Source: a bacterium
GTDB taxonomy: Bacteria; Zhuqueibacterota; Zhuqueibacteria; JANLFK01; Oleimicrobiaceae
Length of the DNA stretch: 60,771 nt
Direction of reading: 5' to 3'
NCBI GenBank assembly: GCA_037445575.1
Contig: JBBIKH010000002.1
Span: 9,509-70,279 of the forward strand
In this document: one piece after another, positions 57,273-60,771 of the stretch
How positions within the stretch are numbered: position 1 is the stretch's first letter
Layout of the letters: every line of letters begins with the position of its first letter
Made by a program: the position numbers and the translations under genes
The notes under the pieces: generated by a model
Databases searched by the model: none
Seen by the model: the letters and a program-made list of their open reading frames with translations, nothing else
Told to the model about the DNA's origin: nothing

Positions 57273-60200
57273 ATGGCCGGCGGCGTGATTCGGGTAGGTA
57301 CGATCGTCCAGGGCCCATGTTGGCCTGAGCCTGTGCAGGTGGACCTGGTCGAGGACCTGGGCGATTACATTCGCGTCGTAGGGGCGATGGTGCAGTCGCG
57401 CACGCATGTGGACCAGGTCCTGCCCAGATCCCAGTTGGGTACCATCGTTGAGCGGACGCTGGAGAGCCGATTTGGGGCCCAACCCCGCCATTTCTTCTTG
57501 GCGCTGGAGGCGCACCGCTATCGACTGGCCTCGCTCTACGACCCGCTGCTGGCGATGAACACCTCCAAGGTGGACCCGCTACCCCACCAGATCGAAGCGG
57601 TGTACGGTTATGTCTTGAAACTGCCCCGCATCCGCTTTCTCATTGCCGACGACCCCGGTGCCGGCAAGACCATCATGGCCGGCCTGATCATCAAGGAACT
57701 GAAGCTGCGCCACCTGGCGAAGCGTATTCTGATCGTTGCCCCCGGCCACCTCAAAGACCAGTGGCGCCGCGAGATGAAGGACCGCTTCGACGAGCACTTT
57801 GTGGTCGCGGACCGCAGCACCATAGGTGCCTTCTACGGCCAGAACGTGTGGGAGCGCGAGCAGCAGGTAATCACCTCCTTGGACTTTGTCAAGCAGGAGG
57901 AGATCCTGGCGGGCCTGTCGGCAGTGCACTACGACCTGATCGTGGTCGACGAGGCGCACAAGATGTCCGCCTACCGCTACGGGGAAAAGCTCGACAAGAC
58001 CATACGCTATCGCCTGGGTGAGCGCCTCTCCGCAATCAGCACCCACCTATTGTTCCTGACGGCCACTCCCCACCGCGGCGACCCAGAAAATTTCCGTCTG
58101 TTCCTCGATCTGCTCGAGCCAGGCTTCTTTGCGACGGCGGAGATGGTGTCCGAATCCATTCGCCGGCAGGAAAACCCCCTTTTCATTCGCCGGATCAAGG
58201 AAGACCTAAAAGATTTCGAGGGACGGCCCCTTTTCTTGCCGCGGCATGTGGAGACCAAGGGCTTCCACCTGGGGGTGGAGAGCCAGGCCGAGAAGGAACT
58301 CTACAACGCCCTTTCGCGCTACGTCCACGAGCAATATAACAAGGCCCTGATGCGGGACAAGAAACGCAACGTGGCGTTCGCCTTGGTCATCCTGCAGCGG
58401 CGACTGGCCTCCAGCACCTATGCGTTGCTGCGTTCCCTGGAACGGCGCAAGAGACGACTGGAAGAGTTGCTCCAGGGCGCGGAGCAGAAGAGCCGCGTCA
58501 TCGAAGCGTACGATATGGAGGAAGCGGAGGAGTTGCGCGAGGAAGAGCGCTGGCGCCAGGAAGAGATCTGGGAGACGCTCAGTGTGGCGGAAAATCGCCA
58601 GGAGCTGGAGGGGGAGCTCTCTACGCTAGATCAACTGATTGCCCAGGCGCGAGCCATCACCAACGCCGATCCTCCGGGCGAGGCCAAACTAAGGCATTTT
58701 CGAGAGGCGCTCGAGCGGCTCAACCGCCAACACCCCGGCGAAAAGGTACTGGTGTTCACCGAGTCCAAGGACACGCTGGAGTACCTAGAAAGGCACCTCA
58801 GGCGGTGGGGCTATAGGGTGTGCACTATTCACGGCGGCATGGATTTGGACACCCGCATCCGCGCCGAAAAGGTGTTTCAGCATGAAGCGCAGATCTTGGT
58901 GGCCACCGAAGCGGCAGGGGAGGGCATTAACCTGCAATTCTGCCACCTGATGGTCAACTATGATATTCCCTGGAACCCTAACCGGCTGGAACAGCGCATG
59001 GGCCGCATCCACCGCTACGGGCAGACCCACGAGGTCTTTATCTTCAATCTCGTGGCGGTGGACACGCGCGAGGGCCGGGTGTGGGAGGCGGTCTTTCGCA
59101 AGTTAGAAGAAATTCGCGCAGCCTTGGGCAGCGACAAGGTCTTTGACGTGCTGGGCGAAATTATCCACGGTAAAGACCTCGGGCAGCTGCCGGTGGAAGC
59201 CGCTGCTGGCGCACGGAGCATGGACGAAATCTTAGCGGATGTCGAAGTCCGTGTGGACCACGACTACCTCCGCCGGGTGCGCGAAGAGTTGGGCGAAAGC
59301 CTCGCCACGCGTTTCATTGACTACACTCGCATCCACGAAATGGCCGCGAAGGCCCGCGAGTATCGCTTGATCCCAGAGTACACTGAAGCCTTCTTCAGGC
59401 GGGCCATGGAAGTCTTAGGGGGCAAGCTCTCCGTGCGCAGGGACGCCAGGCTTTCAGGCACGTTTTTGGCCCTGGAAAGCGTGCCGCTGCCCTTGCGCCA
59501 GATAGCAGAGGAGGAAGGTTTCAAGAGGCGATTCGGGCCGCTGCTCAGACGCTATCCCCTCATGACTTTCGACAAAGAGAGCGCCATGCGTCACCCCGAG
59601 GCGGAGCTGGTCACCTTTGGCGACCCGCTCTTTGAGGCTGTGCTCGTCTGGGCGGAGCGCAATCTGAGCGGAGCGCTGCAAGAGGGGGCGGTGTTCACCG
59701 ACCCCGACGGTAGACTGGACGGTACCCTGCTCTTGTACCGGGGGGAGATCCGTGACGGGAAGGGAGATATCGCTGGCGTACGTCTTTTTGGCTTGTTCGC
59801 CGACCGCCGCTGCGGCCTCGTCCAGCCGGTCAACCCCGCAATTCTGTGGGATCTGCAGGATGGGGGCACGGTTGCCGGCGAGCCTCAGGCGTTGCAGGAG
59901 CTACAACGGCAGACCATGAGTGTTCTGCTGGCAGAGTTGGAGAATTACCGCTCTGGCCTGCTGGCAGAACGCGAGCGGCAGGCGGCCATAAAGGAGAAGT
60001 ATGGGCTTCATTCGCTGGAGACGCTGATTCTGAAATTGGATGGCGAGCTCATCGCCCTGTATGACCGCCGCGAGCAGGGCGAGAACGTAGACCTCGCCAT
60101 CCGCAACAAGGAGGAGCAGAAGCGGCGCTACGAGCAGGCAATTGTGGAGCTGAAGGATTCGCTGGAGCGAGAGCGCAACCTGACGCTCTCCACCCCACGC

Positions 60201-60635
60201 TTTTTGGGTGCGGCGCGCATTGTGCCAGCCCCGGTTGCCGGCGCCATGGCTTCCCACCCGGAGGTGGAACGCATCGCCATGCAGATCGCCATGGACTACG
60301 AACTGCGCCACGGCCGCACTCCCGAAGACGTTTCTGCGGACAACCTCGGGTTCGACATCCGCTCGCAGGACCCCCATGGCCAGCGGCGCTACATCGAGGT
60401 AAAAGGGCGCGCTGACACCGGCGCGGTGGCCCTCACCCAGAACGAGTGGTTCAAGGCCAAGCGTTTGGCCGATGACTATTACCTGTATGCGGTCATGAAT
60501 GCGGTTTCCGGGCGGCCCGATCTGTATGTGGTGCGCAACCCCGCCGCCTGTCTCCGCCCCGAAGAGCAGCACGAGGTACGCTATCTTGTGGACGCCAAGA
60601 CGCTGTTGGCGGTAGCAGAAAAGGCAGCCCAGTAG
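57273..60635 (+). CDS. SNF2/DEAH-box superfamily 2 helicase fused to a C-terminal PD-(D/E)xK nuclease-like (DUF3883-type) domain
   Basis: 1120 aa. PHQ at aa 104-106, Walker A DDPGAGKT (nt 57648-57671), DEAH (57948-57959), LTATPHRG, the helicase-C block VLVFTESKDTL...LVATEAAGEGINLQ...NYDIPWNPNRLEQRMGRIHRYGQ (motif VI at about 58990-59025), and a coiled-coil middle. The C-terminal roughly 110 aa read IAMDYELRHGRTPEDVS..NLGFDIRS......RYIEVKGR........LTQNEW..A......YYLYAV, with D1028 (60354-60356) and E1042-x-K1044 (60396-60404). Confidence 0.85.
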   Translation: MAGGVIRVGTIVQGPCWPEPVQVDLVEDLGDYIRVVGAMVQSRTHVDQVLPRSQLGTIVERTLESRFGAQPRHFFLALEAHRYRLASLYDPLLAMNTSKVDPLPHQIEAVYGYVLKLPRIRFLIADDPGAGKTIMAGLIIKELKLRHLAKRILIVAPGHLKDQWRREMKDRFDEHFVVADRSTIGAFYGQNVWEREQQVITSLDFVKQEEILAGLSAVHYDLIVVDEAHKMSAYRYGEKLDKTIRYRLGERLSAISTHLLFLTATPHRGDPENFRLFLDLLEPGFFATAEMVSESIRRQENPLFIRRIKEDLKDFEGRPLFLPRHVETKGFHLGVESQAEKELYNALSRYVHEQYNKALMRDKKRNVAFALVILQRRLASSTYALLRSLERRKRRLEELLQGAEQKSRVIEAYDMEEAEELREEERWRQEEIWETLSVAENRQELEGELSTLDQLIAQARAITNADPPGEAKLRHFREALERLNRQHPGEKVLVFTESKDTLEYLERHLRRWGYRVCTIHGGMDLDTRIRAEKVFQHEAQILVATEAAGEGINLQFCHLMVNYDIPWNPNRLEQRMGRIHRYGQTHEVFIFNLVAVDTREGRVWEAVFRKLEEIRAALGSDKVFDVLGEIIHGKDLGQLPVEAAAGARSMDEILADVEVRVDHDYLRRVREELGESLATRFIDYTRIHEMAAKAREYRLIPEYTEAFFRRAMEVLGGKLSVRRDARLSGTFLALESVPLPLRQIAEEEGFKRRFGPLLRRYPLMTFDKESAMRHPEAELVTFGDPLFEAVLVWAERNLSGALQEGAVFTDPDGRLDGTLLLYRGEIRDGKGDIAGVRLFGLFADRRCGLVQPVNPAILWDLQDGGTVAGEPQALQELQRQTMSVLLAELENYRSGLLAERERQAAIKEKYGLHSLETLILKLDGELIALYDRREQGENVDLAIRNKEEQKRRYEQAIVELKDSLERERNLTLSTPRFLGAARIVPAPVAGAMASHPEVERIAMQIAMDYELRHGRTPEDVSADNLGFDIRSQDPHGQRRYIEVKGRADTGAVALTQNEWFKAKRLADDYYLYAVMNAVSGRPDLYVVRNPAACLRPEEQHEVRYLVDAKTLLAVAEKAAQ

Positions 60636-60671
60636 CACAGGCTTGAACCTATACTACAAGGAGCATAACCT

Positions 60672-60771
60672 ATGACGTCAACCGATCGCCGTTTCATCGA
60701 AGCAAGTTTTCCGGTTAAGGATGTGAGCCAGCACTCGGCGAAGGAGAAAAACATCCGCCACGGCCACATCA
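60672..60771 (+). CDS. DUF1156-type (Zn-ribbon-containing) DNA methylase, first 33 codons only; runs off the right edge
   Basis: My own translation gives MTSTDRRFIEASFPVKDVSQHSAKEKNIRHGHI. The pattern IE..FP...VS..S.KEK.IRHGH matches the N-terminus I associate with DUF1156/COG1743 methylases. AAGGAG lies 9 nt upstream. The fragment is very short, so this is tentative. Confidence 0.55.
   Translation, partial: MTSTDRRFIEASFPVKDVSQHSAKEKNIRHGHI

Overview
This is a 60.8 kb, GC-rich bacterial chromosomal window spanning the replication origin. I cannot assign a taxon from sequence alone.

**Layout.** Every convincing gene left of about 45.35 kb is on the minus strand. Every gene to the right is on the plus strand. 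The switch falls in the rpmH/dnaA intergenic region, which carries DnaA boxes and AT-rich tracts.

**Left arm, from the left edge toward the origin.**
- A giant secreted Ig-like/CARDB-like repeat protein that runs off the window. It is missing from the ORF track because it has no stop in the window.
- A small secreted paralogue of its N-terminal domain.
- A TPR protein, then pta-coaD-rsmD.
- A ComEA / pilin-like / PilM / PilN-O-like cluster.
- hrcA-grpE-dnaJ, with grpE apparently frameshifted.
- A roughly 14.5 kb chain of overlapping genes: M14 peptidase, DUF4159-like, DUF4175-like, TPR, a 79 aa protein, a conserved secreted 428 aa protein, yjbQ, thiL, a PdxA-like stub, a methyltransferase and ftsEX.
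- Three tandem SurA/PpiD-type chaperones.
- mfd, murQ, rsmG, mnmG, mnmE, yidC, yidD, rnpA and rpmH.

**Right arm.** dnaA-dnaN-recF-DUF721-gyrB-gyrA, then two poorly characterised genes and a 0.63 kb GC-rich gap with no convincing ORF. At the right edge sit an SNF2/DEAH helicase fused to a PD-(D/E)xK (DUF3883-like) domain and the first 33 codons of a DUF1156-type DNA methylase.

**Best candidates for a poorly described system.**
- The truncated helicase-nuclease plus DUF1156 methylase defence-like module at the right edge.
- The M14/DUF4159/DUF4175/TPR envelope module.

**Not found.** I saw no rRNA, tRNA, CRISPR array, transposase or integrase.

**Track caveats.** Many long ORFs in the track are antisense shadows, as expected in GC-rich DNA. 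Several track starts are N-terminal over-extensions; the track also translates GTG/TTG starts as M.
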